This document shows, piece by piece, positions 45,521-56,114 of a DNA stretch of 64,000 nucleotides. The stretch comes from a virus. The notes under the pieces are model-generated. The model ran no database searches and had not been told where the DNA came from. It was given only the letters and a program-made list of their open reading frames with translations. The DNA lies in IMG/VR virus record IMGVR_UViG_3300034095_000254. One strand, 5' to 3'. Numbering within the stretch: the stretch's first letter is position 1; each line of letters starts with the position of its first letter. The position numbers and the translations under genes were made by a program.

Positions 45521-46548
45521 AGTTTTTTCCATGTACTAAATTTCAATTTTGCTTCCATACCAGAGTAGGTGTTTGTATTTATGACTTCTGTAATCTCATC
45601 GGCAGTCATTTCGCCATGTAAAATCATTTCATTCACATCTTTCTGTTCTATGTGTTCTGGAAACATACAGACAGAATAACCTAAATTGATATACTTCTCT
45701 AACTGTTTGACAATGTCTTTATTTCGTGGTTCATTGTCCATTACAATCGTTGCATTAGCAAGAATACTCCTAATAGTAGGGGTATCAAAACTTGCTCCTG
45801 AAACAGCCACTGCATTCGGTAAAAATAGCGAGTCAATTGGTCCTTCAACAACAATAATTCGTTTAGCATAATCAATCCTTTCAAGTCCATAAATTTTTTC
45901 CTGAGTTTCATCCACCTTGATGGTATAATACTTAGGCTCTTCATTTCCATACGCTCTAGCCTGATAAGCAAAACACTTACCAGCATTAGTAAAGAATGGA
46001 ATAATCATCCTTGGGTGTTCGTCTTGTATTGGCTCTTGGAATTTAGCGATCACTGAGTTAGTGTATGCTTTAAACTTTGGAGCAAAGTACAAGAGACTCC
46101 ATCTGTCCTTTGGAATCTTTCTTTTAACTACATACTGAACAGCAGGATGTGTCAGTGGTAGTTTATCTAGTCTTGTGAGAGACGAAAGAATATCATCTTC
46201 CAGAAGATCTTCTGGTATTGTCTCAATAACTACTTGTGTTTCAGAGATATCTTTGTGGTCATTGTATCGTGTTGCACCAGACTTATATCGTTCAAGCACA
46301 TACTCATCATACAACTTCGTATCAACATACTTAATTAGATTGCCGATGTTCGTACCGTAACCACAGTTGTGACACTTTACAAATAGATCTGCCTTTGCAC
46401 GATAGATGTAACCTCGTGCCTTCAATTTATTAGATGTGCTATCCCCACAGACTGGACATGAATAGTTCCAGAGATAGTCTTTCTTTTGTTTGAAGTTTCG
46501 CAAGCGACCGCCCAGAATTTGGGCATACTTTGCATCAATGTATAACAT
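45517..46548 (-). CDS. DNA primase (T4 gp61-like)
   Basis: CPVCGDS...CHNC, VEGPIDSLF, DNEPRN, KDVNEM. Confidence 0.95.
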   Translation of the reverse strand: MLYIDAKYAQILGGRLRNFKQKKDYLWNYSCPVCGDSTSNKLKARGYIYRAKADLFVKCHNCGYGTNIGNLIKYVDTKLYDEYVLERYKSGATRYNDHKDISETQVVIETIPEDLLEDDILSSLTRLDKLPLTHPAVQYVVKRKIPKDRWSLLYFAPKFKAYTNSVIAKFQEPIQDEHPRMIIPFFTNAGKCFAYQARAYGNEEPKYYTIKVDETQEKIYGLERIDYAKRIIVVEGPIDSLFLPNAVAVSGASFDTPTIRSILANATIVMDNEPRNKDIVKQLEKYINLGYSVCMFPEHIEQKDVNEMILHGEMTADEITEVINTNTYSGMEAKLKFSTWKKL

Positions 46549-46573
46549 TACAAATCTCCACTAGTAGAGTATA

Positions 46574-46602
46574 ATTATACCCCAAACATTCTTGCAAAGC
46601 AA
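46574..46602 (-). promoter_or_regulatory. Sigma70-like promoter for primase operon
   Basis: TTGCTT-17-TATAAT. Confidence 0.7.
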
Positions 46603-46612
46603 GTTTTATAAA

Positions 46613-46642
46613 AGATAAAACCACCCGAAGGTGGTTTTATCT
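46613..46642. terminator. Intrinsic (possibly bidirectional) terminator
   Basis: AGATAAAACCACC-CGAA-GGTGGTTTTATCT (TTCG loop on minus strand). Confidence 0.85.
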
Positions 46643-46663
46643 GCAACATTATATACTAAAATA

Positions 46664-47773
46664 TTAAGAAACAAAACTAGGTGTGGAATCAATCACTGCA
46701 CTGGTGATTGCACTACTAATTTTATCAGTATATCCAGGTAAAAAGTAAAGATTAGCATAGTATAAAGCTGTACCAGCTACACCAGAAATTGCTCTATTTG
46801 AAGCATCTCCTGCAGGCACTCTAAACGAAACTGTACCTACAACTGCTGTAGCAGTTGCTGCTCTTAGAATAATTCCATGTGAAGTTGCAGAAGTAGTAGT
46901 AATCATTGATGTTGCCATAGTTAGTACACCACCAGCATACACATCTATTGCGTATGAACCACCACACTCAATTTCACTGTTTCTTATGTTACAAGTACCA
47001 CCATCAACACCAATTGCTGCTACTCCTGAACCAGAAGTTTCTAGTGAATCAATATTGGCAGTTCCTGCTGCAATGTTAAGACAATGATAATGCCCAGAAC
47101 CATTATGACTTAGTTTAGTATCATTGCAATGTAAGGAAGATCCTGTGCCTGTATTTGTCATGTTAATACCATGGACATTACCATTGGCAGTAATCCAAAC
47201 ATCTTTTAGGTATAATCTTTGTGGATAAGAACCAGGAAATGTTAATACAGAAGTGCCAGAAGAACCAATTAGTTCAATCCCTTGTATAGCAAAGTGGTTT
47301 TCTGAGATACTAACATTTGGACCAGTGAATGTTAGATTACCATAAAATATTATAGGAGCATGAGTTCCAGAACTGTTATCACCAACTAGAAAAATATGTC
47401 CTTTACTAAATGTCACTGCTTCTGCAGAAGCAGAAGTATTTCCACTGACTAATACTATGTAAATTGGATTAGAAGAACTTGCCACTAAAGCAGCAGCAGT
47501 GTATGCAGCCTGCAATGTCTTAAATGGAAACTCTCTTGATCCAGTAGCAGTGTAGGTATCTACTCGCTTATAATCAACATACATGTGACTTGTCACAATA
47601 TCAGATGACTCGTACTCTGCTAATGAAACAAATATACCACCTGCAGTCACACCATCTGAAACTCTAAGAGCACCAGTGGATGGATCATAGAAAATTTCGC
47701 CTTGAGTACCGATATAAGCAGTAGCAGATCTGCCACCCATCTTATCAGCAAATAGTTTGAATGTTGCTGCCAT
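46664..47773 (-). CDS. Virion fibre/beta-helix-like protein
   Basis: GEIFYD...LRVSDGVTAGG fibre motif, GSREFPFKTL, Gly/Ser/Thr-rich. Confidence 0.6.
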   Translation of the reverse strand: MAATFKLFADKMGGRSATAYIGTQGEIFYDPSTGALRVSDGVTAGGIFVSLAEYESSDIVTSHMYVDYKRVDTYTATGSREFPFKTLQAAYTAAALVASSSNPIYIVLVSGNTSASAEAVTFSKGHIFLVGDNSSGTHAPIIFYGNLTFTGPNVSISENHFAIQGIELIGSSGTSVLTFPGSYPQRLYLKDVWITANGNVHGINMTNTGTGSSLHCNDTKLSHNGSGHYHCLNIAAGTANIDSLETSGSGVAAIGVDGGTCNIRNSEIECGGSYAIDVYAGGVLTMATSMITTTSATSHGIILRAATATAVVGTVSFRVPAGDASNRAISGVAGTALYYANLYFLPGYTDKISSAITSAVIDSTPSFVS

Positions 47774-47788
47774 TTATTTTCTCTTTTC

Positions 47789-48145
47789 TTATTTTAAATA
47801 CTTTATAATTTCGGCTAAATTTCCAATAATAAAACCTATTACACCAGAACCACCGATTACATACCATTTCCACTGCTCGAGAGCGGATACTCTGGTATTC
47901 ATCTTTTCCAAATCTTGCACAACATCTTTCTTAATTTCAGCATGTTGATCTTGCGAGATTTGAGCATTTGCTTGCATCTTATGCTCGATGCGTGTTTGCA
48001 TGTCGTCGATCTTATCCACGATTTCTCTATTAGAAGTTGTGATACGAGAGTGAATCTCTTTTATGTCAGATTTCAATTCTTTAACATCTTCTTTGATGCC
48101 GTCTACTTGTGCTTCCAATTTGGCGAGTCTCTCTGGGGATTCCAT
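47789..48145 (-). CDS. Coiled-coil protein with C-terminal TM
   Basis: ERLAKLE...RVSALEQWKW + TM. Confidence 0.6.
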   Translation of the reverse strand: MESPERLAKLEAQVDGIKEDVKELKSDIKEIHSRITTSNREIVDKIDDMQTRIEHKMQANAQISQDQHAEIKKDVVQDLEKMNTRVSALEQWKWYVIGGSGVIGFIIGNLAEIIKYLK

Positions 48146-48412
48146 TTATTTTACGCTCTCAAAAATGTTTTTCTGCGTGTTGTACCACTCAACCCAAGTG
48201 TCAACTTTAATTTTGCATTCATGATATTGCCCGTAGTTGTCCACAACGACTTTCAAAACTTCACTTAACTTTTCAGTAGGATCTGTAGTCTTTAAGTCAG
48301 GACATGCTTCCATAAGTTGTTTTGGGACTTCTGGAAAGTTTCTCTTAACAGGTGTCGTAATCAGACATCCCGATAACAACACAACAATAGGTAAAACTAA
48401 AAGAAGTTTCAT
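48146..48412 (-). CDS. Outer spanin (Rz1-like lipoprotein)
   Basis: Lipobox LSGC; P..LM.ACP, NY.QYHEC. Confidence 0.75.
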   Translation of the reverse strand: MKLLLVLPIVVLLSGCLITTPVKRNFPEVPKQLMEACPDLKTTDPTEKLSEVLKVVVDNYGQYHECKIKVDTWVEWYNTQKNIFESVK

Positions 48413-48861
48413 TTCTTACCTACTGCAGCTTGATTTAAAATATCAACTGTATCAGCAGTTATCTTACACTGCGAATCAATCTTCACTTCAACTGTCTTAA
48501 TCTTTTCTTGTACGACTATTTGTGTTTCTTTAACAACTTTGACTCTGTCTTTATAGACAGTGACAATCTTCTCATTTACTTCTTTAGACTTCTGTTCAGA
48601 TATTGCAATCTTGGCTTCTAACTCTGCAACTCTTTCTCTCCATGCCATCTCAACAGAGTATCCACCTTTGAAGTAAACACCTGCCACTAAAAGCACAATG
48701 CTTATCACTTGTATTAGTAAATGATAAGGTGCAATGGTTGGAATCCAACGAACTACAAAACCAAAGAAAAACGATGCAACGAATCCAATAATGCCAGTGA
48801 TTAAGATAATGTTAATTATCCACACTAAGAAGGCATCAGGGAAAAACGCTAACATCCACAT
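48409..48861 (-). CDS. Inner spanin (Rz-like)
   Basis: TMs then coiled coil and C-terminal Cys; overlaps Rz1-like gene. Confidence 0.7.
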   Translation of the reverse strand: MWMLAFFPDAFLVWIINIILITGIIGFVASFFFGFVVRWIPTIAPYHLLIQVISIVLLVAGVYFKGGYSVEMAWRERVAELEAKIAISEQKSKEVNEKIVTVYKDRVKVVKETQIVVQEKIKTVEVKIDSQCKITADTVDILNQAAVGKK

Positions 48862-48863
48862 TA

Positions 48864-49400
48864 TTAAACCTCCACTGGTTTCGGACGACGAATCATTCCT
48901 GCGATAGTGGATGCTTGACCAGCTTTGTATTTCTTAATTTCTTTTGGACCAATCTTTGGTTCATTGGTAGATACTGCTGCACCAGTGACATTGGCAATAC
49001 CGTCTTCTTCAAGAAACTTCTTAACGATAATCTCTTCTTCAACAAGAGACACTCTATTATCCAACATCTTCATGATATTGTCAAACTTTTCTTGTAGCAT
49101 TGCAGTTGAACGATTACCTGACTCATATTGTTCTTTAACTAACCAGAGTGCAGCAACTAGAGATTTCATTTTACTCTCAGCACCTGGAAGTCTATTGATA
49201 ATTTTCTTTACATTGAACACTAAACGATTCAAGTAAGTGTATGCATCTCTTTCTTGAGATGATTGCAGAGTAGTTGCTTTGCGAATGTTCTTACCCTTAG
49301 CATCAATGATACCCAGTTTGAATGCTTCTGTGTCCTCAAAGTTAGTGACTAACATTTTGAGAACTCGATATGCAATTAAATTGTCTACTATGCGAGCCAT
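48864..49400 (-). CDS. Conserved T4-like hypothetical protein
   Basis: AYRVLKMLV, AFKLGIID..G, RLVFNVKK. Confidence 0.7.
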   Translation of the reverse strand: MARIVDNLIAYRVLKMLVTNFEDTEAFKLGIIDAKGKNIRKATTLQSSQERDAYTYLNRLVFNVKKIINRLPGAESKMKSLVAALWLVKEQYESGNRSTAMLQEKFDNIMKMLDNRVSLVEEEIIVKKFLEEDGIANVTGAAVSTNEPKIGPKEIKKYKAGQASTIAGMIRRPKPVEV

Positions 49401-49780
49401 TAAATTTTCCTAAGTGTTGATATAATCGTTTCATCCAAGACTATATCAGACAAAATAATACCGTATTCTGGTAACTCTGCTGGCATTCTATCGAGGTATA
49501 CTAGAAATGTAACTAATACATCCCAACAAGATTTGTCAATTTTATGAAACAGCATTCTTGTTGCTGAATCACCGAAGATGTTATAAAGAACAATAATGTG
49601 ATTGAGGATTAATCGCTCTCGCAGTTCATCATAATTTTTATATCTGGAAAGTAACTTCTTAAGATATAAGAACTTCTTTATGTCTTCTTCAAATTCTTGT
49701 AGGCTATGGCACTGCGGATTATCGTAGTGATGCATTGCGTATACAAGAAAGTTACCTTCATTTAGTTTTTCACTAACCAT
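49400..49780 (-). CDS. Conserved T4-like hypothetical protein
   Basis: YDNPQC, LRERLILNHIIVLYNIFG. Confidence 0.75.
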   Translation of the reverse strand: MVSEKLNEGNFLVYAMHHYDNPQCHSLQEFEEDIKKFLYLKKLLSRYKNYDELRERLILNHIIVLYNIFGDSATRMLFHKIDKSCWDVLVTFLVYLDRMPAELPEYGIILSDIVLDETIISTLRKI

Positions 49781-49790
49781 ATTATCTTCA

Positions 49791-49820
49791 AAAAAGAAAG
49801 GGAGAACAACTCTCCCTTTT
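49791..49820 (-). terminator. Intrinsic terminator
   Basis: AAAGGGAGAG-TTGT-TCTCCCTTT followed by T-rich tract. Confidence 0.75.
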
Positions 49821-49834
49821 ACATTATGTATTTA

Positions 49835-51112
49835 TTAGCTATCTCTGAAGGCTACATCGTCAGATTGGTCACCAGTCATTGAACCCATGGCAACTAATGT
49901 TTCATACTGAACACGACCAGCACGACCACCAGTACCAACAGTACGACGAACCCAACCAGCATGTTGCGAACCACCAACAGCACCATCACCTAGTGCAGCA
50001 GTAGCAGTTGCTTGGTCAGCAGTTGCTTGAAGTTCAAAGTACTGAGCACTATTACCAGTGCCAGAAATTAGAACGAGTGTAAATGGAGCATATGTCAAAC
50101 CAGTTGGTGTACCAGCTGTAGTAACAATAGCAACATCAGCTTCAGTGGTTAGTGTAAAACCAGTGACAGATGGTGATGTACCAGTAACAGCAGAAACAGT
50201 ATAGATAGTTCCTGTTGCATAACTAGTAATAGTGCCAGTTCCACCTAGTGTACCAGTAATTCTAATACGATCACCAACTGCTAGGGTAGTTGCAGTACAA
50301 GTAAACTGACCACCAGTACCAGAAATAGCAACACCAGCAAGAGCAGTACGACCTGCAGCTGCATCTGCAGTAGTTGCTAGACGGAAAGTGCCTGCAGCTA
50401 AACCAAGAGCAGATACGAAATACTCAGTATCATTTGATAAACCAGTGATAGCAGTAGAACCAGCATGGAAATACTTAACTGAGTCAGCAGCAACTAAGCC
50501 GTGAGTAGCATAAGCGATTTGCTCAGTAGCAATTGTAACACTACCTGTAGGAATAACACGACGAGGTTTAGCAATAGTAACAGTTGGTGCTGAAGTATAA
50601 GCAGTACCAGTATTAGTTACAGCGATTGACGAAACTGCGCCACCAGAGATAGATGCAGTGGCTGCAGCAGAAGAACCACCACCGCCAGAGAATGTAACTG
50701 CTGGAACTTCTAGGTAACGAGTTTTACCAGAAGCAACTGATACAGCGGAAACATTGTCTCCACCAGATACAGCTTCAGTAGCGTCAACACCGAATACTAA
50801 ACCAGATCTGCCCATTGAAAATGTGTCGGCAGAGCCGTGTGCCACATATACAGGTTTCTCAGATAGAGTATAAGAAGTGCCACCAGTTACAGTAGTAACT
50901 AAACCTTTACCATTGTTTGTACCATTGATAACTTTAGCCACAGTGTTAGATGTGATTGTAACGATTTGATAATCTACACCACCAGCGATGATATAGTTAC
51001 CTACTTTTGATTCAGTTGTAAACAGCGTAGATGTACCAGTCACTACACCAGTATCGGCGATAGCGATTGTTCCAGTTGCTGATTTAGAGTCTTTGTTGCC
51101 CCATAGTGCCAT
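49835..51112 (-). CDS. Virion structural protein
   Basis: MALWG start, HAGWV...GRAGRVQYETLVAM end, Thr/Gly/Ala-rich. Confidence 0.7.
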   Translation of the reverse strand: MALWGNKDSKSATGTIAIADTGVVTGTSTLFTTESKVGNYIIAGGVDYQIVTITSNTVAKVINGTNNGKGLVTTVTGGTSYTLSEKPVYVAHGSADTFSMGRSGLVFGVDATEAVSGGDNVSAVSVASGKTRYLEVPAVTFSGGGGSSAAATASISGGAVSSIAVTNTGTAYTSAPTVTIAKPRRVIPTGSVTIATEQIAYATHGLVAADSVKYFHAGSTAITGLSNDTEYFVSALGLAAGTFRLATTADAAAGRTALAGVAISGTGGQFTCTATTLAVGDRIRITGTLGGTGTITSYATGTIYTVSAVTGTSPSVTGFTLTTEADVAIVTTAGTPTGLTYAPFTLVLISGTGNSAQYFELQATADQATATAALGDGAVGGSQHAGWVRRTVGTGGRAGRVQYETLVAMGSMTGDQSDDVAFRDS

Positions 51113-51141
51113 TTTGTGTCTCCTTAGATTTGGACTTTAAT

Positions 51142-53025
51142 TTATTTATTCATTAGTTTTGAAGTGCCTGTAATCTTACGAGCACCAGATTTTGCCCCAG
51201 CTGGGCGACCACGACCACGCTTTTCAGCTGCTGGCTTTATTGGTTTTTTGTCATCATAATCATCTGCGCCTTCTGGATCAGTGTAACTTGCTCCATAAGA
51301 ACGACCTTTAATTTGAGTAACTCCGCCTGGACCTGGAGTGTACTCTAACATAAACTCTTTATACGAAACTTTGTTAGAGATTAAATTACCTTCGTCATCG
51401 AAAGATTCTTTAACTGGTTTCTTTACCTTCTTAACTGCTTCCCATTTTTCTTCATGGGCAGCATCTCCAGCTGCATTTACTTTAACTTCTACTGACTTTG
51501 CCTCATTCATTTCAGAGTGCATGTAGTCAGCTGCAGTTTGGATATAGTCAGTGGCAAGAGTAATCTTAGATTGAACCCATTCTGGCATGTCAGTGTCTGG
51601 CTTTAGAATTTCTTTGATCATTTCAGCACATCTTGTTAGAGTTGCCAATTGATTCAAAGCCATGTCACCTTCGTAACCATACTCTTGTTCGTCTTTTTCT
51701 TCTTTAATCTTATTGGTTGGCATACCATTGATTGGTTTGCGTGAATCTTTCAACGCTTTATTCTCTGGTGTACCCTTGATATATTTTCTATCTGGAACTG
51801 GAGCAACAGGTGCTTGTTCATTGGCTTTTGCCATTTTCTGCATTGCTTGTCCAGCAAGGTTTGCTGCTTTACCAGAACCTTGTTTATTCTCAGTAGATTT
51901 CTTCCAGTCACCTTCGTATTTGAAAGAGATTAGTTTACCTGATTTATCTTTTGTAGTTGTCATCTTGTCTTCACTGCGCAGAGCACGACCGATTGCTACA
52001 TTATGATCTCTAGCAGTTTTATGTTTTGGATCAGCATCTGGAACTGGGTTGTTAAGTTTATAACGAGCACCACGAGAAGCATCCATAGTTTTACGCATCA
52101 TAGCATTTTGTTTGTTGCGCTCTTCCAAAGATTCAAATTCTTCGTTGGCAGTTTTAGCTGCATCTTTAAAGTCGCTTGCGCTTGGAGCACCTTCGCTTCC
52201 AGGTTTGCGCATTCTTTCACCAGAGCCAGCTTCAATACGCTTTTTCTTAGCATGAATATTCGCATAGAGTCCTGGTTTTGCTTCTTCAATCTGCTCAACT
52301 TCTTCTGTTGTTTCATAAACACGAGAAACTTCTTTATGATTAACTGTCTTAGCAGTATATGTGCCCTTTTCATCTTTGGCTCGAATTGTACCAGTAGAAG
52401 GGATTTTGTCTGCTTCTTTTTTAAATTTTTCAGTAGCCTTTAACGCTCCAGAAGAAAATGCACCTTCATCGATCTCAACTTCTTCACCCATGTTTAGAGT
52501 TCTTCTTTTGTTAGCAATTAAAGCACCTTTGGCTTTACCAGATTTCATAAGGTTACTTAACTTTTGACGAGCAACTGATTTATTGCTAATATCGTCAAGT
52601 GTATTAAGTTTAGTCTTCATGCGATGAATTTCATCTAGCTCTTCTGTTTCTTCGCTAAAATGACTATAAGGAACTGTAGTCTTGGTAGATGTCTTGTTAG
52701 AAGTAAAGTGAACATCTTGAACATCACGATGAACATTTACTTTAGCACCAGTCTCATCTTTAAAAGAAGTTTTTTCACCATGTTTTAAATTTCTAATTGC
52801 TTCTTGATGTTCTGGATGTAAAGGATATGAATGACTGGCTCCGTGATGAACAGTCATCACCTTACCCCCTTCATACTTCTGTGTCTTCACAGTTGCTTCT
52901 TCTAACTGTTCAGTTTCTTCTTTACGCAAAAGTTTAAAGTCATGAGAATCGATTTGACCATTCTTATTCTTATCGATGTTATGCTGTTTACCCTTCAACG
53001 CTTCCATAAATGATTTGAATTCCAT
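51142..53025 (-). CDS. Putative internal-head polyprotein
   Basis: MEFKSFME N-terminus; modules separated by EExExLEE/IDE linkers. Confidence 0.6.
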   Translation of the reverse strand: MEFKSFMEALKGKQHNIDKNKNGQIDSHDFKLLRKEETEQLEEATVKTQKYEGGKVMTVHHGASHSYPLHPEHQEAIRNLKHGEKTSFKDETGAKVNVHRDVQDVHFTSNKTSTKTTVPYSHFSEETEELDEIHRMKTKLNTLDDISNKSVARQKLSNLMKSGKAKGALIANKRRTLNMGEEVEIDEGAFSSGALKATEKFKKEADKIPSTGTIRAKDEKGTYTAKTVNHKEVSRVYETTEEVEQIEEAKPGLYANIHAKKKRIEAGSGERMRKPGSEGAPSASDFKDAAKTANEEFESLEERNKQNAMMRKTMDASRGARYKLNNPVPDADPKHKTARDHNVAIGRALRSEDKMTTTKDKSGKLISFKYEGDWKKSTENKQGSGKAANLAGQAMQKMAKANEQAPVAPVPDRKYIKGTPENKALKDSRKPINGMPTNKIKEEKDEQEYGYEGDMALNQLATLTRCAEMIKEILKPDTDMPEWVQSKITLATDYIQTAADYMHSEMNEAKSVEVKVNAAGDAAHEEKWEAVKKVKKPVKESFDDEGNLISNKVSYKEFMLEYTPGPGGVTQIKGRSYGASYTDPEGADDYDDKKPIKPAAEKRGRGRPAGAKSGARKITGTSKLMNK

Positions 53026-53027
53026 TC

Positions 53028-53474
53028 TTATTCCCCAGTAGTTTTTAGGATGGATCTTAGCATCCAGCCGTGTTTCTTATGCGCATCTAATCTAGAAGCC
53101 ACAAAATCAGCAAAACCTTGCTCTTTTGCAACAGTCAGTAGATCGAATAACTTATTTAGGCGAACAATGCTTTCGTTGTTCGCTGCAAGTAAATCAGCCA
53201 GCATTGTCTCTGGAGTGTGTCCAACATTCCCTGCATCTATAGACTTATGAACATAAATCTCGTCTAGGTTTCTTGGAGCATACTCGTTCATTGCACGGAT
53301 CTCTTCTGCAAATGGATCGACTGCACCATAGAGTTCTTCGTATAGATTACCGAAGAATTCGTGTAGTTGAGGGAAGTCTTTACCTTCCACATTCCAGTGA
53401 TAAGAGTGTGCCTTGAAATACATCAAAAATGTATTGCTTAGACAGACTCTTGCTTCTAATAATGTTTCGTTCAT
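53028..53474 (-). CDS. dps: Dps ferritin-like protein
   Basis: HSYHWNVEG..F..LHEFF..LYE, D..AE.IR, HKKHGWML. Confidence 0.92.
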   Translation of the reverse strand: MNETLLEARVCLSNTFLMYFKAHSYHWNVEGKDFPQLHEFFGNLYEELYGAVDPFAEEIRAMNEYAPRNLDEIYVHKSIDAGNVGHTPETMLADLLAANNESIVRLNKLFDLLTVAKEQGFADFVASRLDAHKKHGWMLRSILKTTGE

Positions 53475-53475
53475 C

Positions 53476-53856
53476 TTAACAGTTCCACTTTCTAAGTGCG
53501 AGTGCTTTACGACTTGGCTCGCCATTTGGTTTCTTCATTGAACCTTCCATGCCACCCATTCGTGCACAGAAAGATTTTCTACGATTTGCTGCTTTGCTTC
53601 CAGCTTTTAATTCAGATGGAGGAGTGGTAACTGGTGCTTGTAAATTAGCACCTTTAGCATTATATGCGTCACGACCTTTTTGAGTCAGACCACCAGTAGA
53701 ACTCTTGTGTCCTTTGGCATCAACTGCTGCTTCTTGAACAGTTTCTTCTTTAACACAAGATCCAGGTGCACATGGTTTAGTTCCTGGAACTCGCTTGTGA
53801 CCTTTCCAGCAATCACAGGACTCATTTAAATATTCTGCAAATGATTTAAAAGACAC
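53476..53856 (-). CDS. DUF6321-like basic protein, putative internal head protein
   Basis: FKSFAEYLNE; GGLTQKGR, RRKSFCARM, ALRKWNC. Confidence 0.7.
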   Translation of the reverse strand: MSFKSFAEYLNESCDCWKGHKRVPGTKPCAPGSCVKEETVQEAAVDAKGHKSSTGGLTQKGRDAYNAKGANLQAPVTTPPSELKAGSKAANRRKSFCARMGGMEGSMKKPNGEPSRKALALRKWNC

Positions 53857-56077
53857 TTGGCATTGCTCCTTTAGTTACTTTACCATGAGACATTCTAGAC
53901 TTTTCTACTTTACGAACTCTAGAAACTAATTTCTGAGCAACACGAGAGATAATATCTTTTCTCTTTGACATCATTTTTTCAATTCGTTCTTTTTCACCAA
54001 TAGAAACTTTAGCAGGATCACGACCACGAAGCATTCTCTTCTTCATTAGTTTAATCGCCAATCTTCTTGCTCGTTTATTAATAGTTGCTGGGTTTGAGAA
54101 TCTCTTTAATGCAATCTTAGTTGAACGACCACGCTTTGCAGAAGTCTTACGGAGACGAATCTTACCTTTCATTCTTTCTGTGCGAGAAAGAACTTCCATT
54201 AGATCATACTTGGCTTCTTCTTGTAGTGGTGGGATTTCTTCACCATCGTCATCATACACTAAAACGATTTCATCTTCTTCATAGAGATCTTCAATGTCTT
54301 GATCAGTAACAGAGTCTACCATTTCTTCAATTTCTGCATCAGTAAAATCTTCTTTGAAGAATGGGTCTTTTGACATTGTTGAGTCAGTACCAACTCCAGG
54401 TCTTTGTTCGCCACAAGCACACTCGTGTTTACCACATTTTGGACAAACTGCTTTCTCACCAGAAAATGCCTTACGAGCAGTTTCAATATTCTTTAGTTTA
54501 GTGGCAATAATTTTATGTCCACGGGATTCTTCTAAATCAGCTTCTTCATGTAGATCTGCACCAACAGTTTTATGTGGTGATCTTTTAACATGATCTACAA
54601 AGTTCTTAGCATCACTATGTGATTTGAATTTGAAGAAAGCACCCTTATCTGAGTGACCATCGAATTCACCACCATGTGTTTTAGCACCAGACATTACATG
54701 TTCGACATCTTTGTCATGAGGTTCTTCACCATACTTGCTACCATCATCAACATGGACGATATGTTCTTCGTCTAGTTCTTCTTTCATTTGACCATGTTTC
54801 TTTAGATCATTATCGAATTGTTTGTTGGTTGCTTTGTTGATACCTTTAAATCGTTTGTCACCTTTGGCATAGTCACCAGAGGCATCAGCTGCTTTAGCAG
54901 ATGCAGCTGCACCTGTTTTATATCTTGCTAGTAGATCAGTTGATAGTTCATTAATGTTTTCTTTTTCTTGTGTATGCTTAGCATCAAGAGTTTCTTTTTC
55001 TTTAGCGTGTTTGAGAGCCAACTGCGCTTTCATTCTCTCTTTAGCAACTTGATCTACATCTTCTGTTTGATATTTAACTTTCATATGTCGAAGATGGTGA
55101 GCACTTCCAGGAACTAATGTATGACCAACTTCACTTGGATTATATGTGTTTAACTCTTCAGTATCGTCTTCATCAGTAAGATGCGACTCTTTCATGTTGT
55201 AATTATAGAATGTCAAGAAACCTTTAGTCTTACCAGCTGGCTTAGTGATGTCTTGTTTAGCACCAGTATCTGATGTAGATGGCTCTAGTTTATCTGTGCC
55301 GTTTGGTTGTATGACTGCTTCTTTCATTTCTTTTTCTTCCGTAGGTTTAACATCTTGAATCCATTTGGAAACGAGATTGCCTGACTGTTCTTTTAATAGT
55401 AAATGATTTGAACCACGCTTAACGATTGTAAACAAATCACCATTTGATTCTACAATGTCACCTTCATTAAAAATCTCTCCACGAAAATATTCTTCACGGA
55501 GTTTATTTTTAACTAAAATTAAGTTTTCTTTGACTGGTTCTAAACCTAAGCCAATGCGGACATCGTTCATTAGACGACGACCATCAAGTTCACGAATGTT
55601 GCTTGGTAGCTTCTTTTTAAATTCTTCGTACAATCCTTTAATCGCCAACTGCTTCATTTTAGCAAAGTTGACATCAGGATTCTTTTCCGTGATTGGAATA
55701 ATTTGGATGGAGGTATTTTCTTTAACAAGTTTCTTTAGTTTATCGACTTGTTCGCTTCCAGTAACTATTACAATCTTCTTGTATTTCTTACCCAAATCTT
55801 CTAGAAGGTTATTGATCTTAGACTCGTTCACAGATTGGAACTTAGTCTTAGGGAACATTAACTTGAGGTATTGTTCCTTCTTCTCTTCTTGAATTAGGCT
55901 ATCTTTAGTGGATGCGTAGATGACATGGTCAGTATTCTTTTGCTCTGACAGTCTATTGACAGTCTTAACCATTAATTCATGTGCTGTAGTTGGAGGATCG
56001 AAATCTCCGAAGGCACAAACTAAGGTTGTTGACGGTAGTTCTTTGATTAGTTGTCTATAATCTTTCATACGATCCAT
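53846..56077 (-). CDS. Cytidylyltransferase-like domain fused to putative polyprotein
   Basis: FGDFDPPTTAH (degenerate HIGH), REEY..GEIF..GD.V, many xxE linkers. Confidence 0.7.
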   Translation of the reverse strand: MDRMKDYRQLIKELPSTTLVCAFGDFDPPTTAHELMVKTVNRLSEQKNTDHVIYASTKDSLIQEEKKEQYLKLMFPKTKFQSVNESKINNLLEDLGKKYKKIVIVTGSEQVDKLKKLVKENTSIQIIPITEKNPDVNFAKMKQLAIKGLYEEFKKKLPSNIRELDGRRLMNDVRIGLGLEPVKENLILVKNKLREEYFRGEIFNEGDIVESNGDLFTIVKRGSNHLLLKEQSGNLVSKWIQDVKPTEEKEMKEAVIQPNGTDKLEPSTSDTGAKQDITKPAGKTKGFLTFYNYNMKESHLTDEDDTEELNTYNPSEVGHTLVPGSAHHLRHMKVKYQTEDVDQVAKERMKAQLALKHAKEKETLDAKHTQEKENINELSTDLLARYKTGAAASAKAADASGDYAKGDKRFKGINKATNKQFDNDLKKHGQMKEELDEEHIVHVDDGSKYGEEPHDKDVEHVMSGAKTHGGEFDGHSDKGAFFKFKSHSDAKNFVDHVKRSPHKTVGADLHEEADLEESRGHKIIATKLKNIETARKAFSGEKAVCPKCGKHECACGEQRPGVGTDSTMSKDPFFKEDFTDAEIEEMVDSVTDQDIEDLYEEDEIVLVYDDDGEEIPPLQEEAKYDLMEVLSRTERMKGKIRLRKTSAKRGRSTKIALKRFSNPATINKRARRLAIKLMKKRMLRGRDPAKVSIGEKERIEKMMSKRKDIISRVAQKLVSRVRKVEKSRMSHGKVTKGAMPSVF

Positions 56078-56114
56078 CTATAAAGTAGTACATATTATTT
56101 AGGAGTTTATATCC

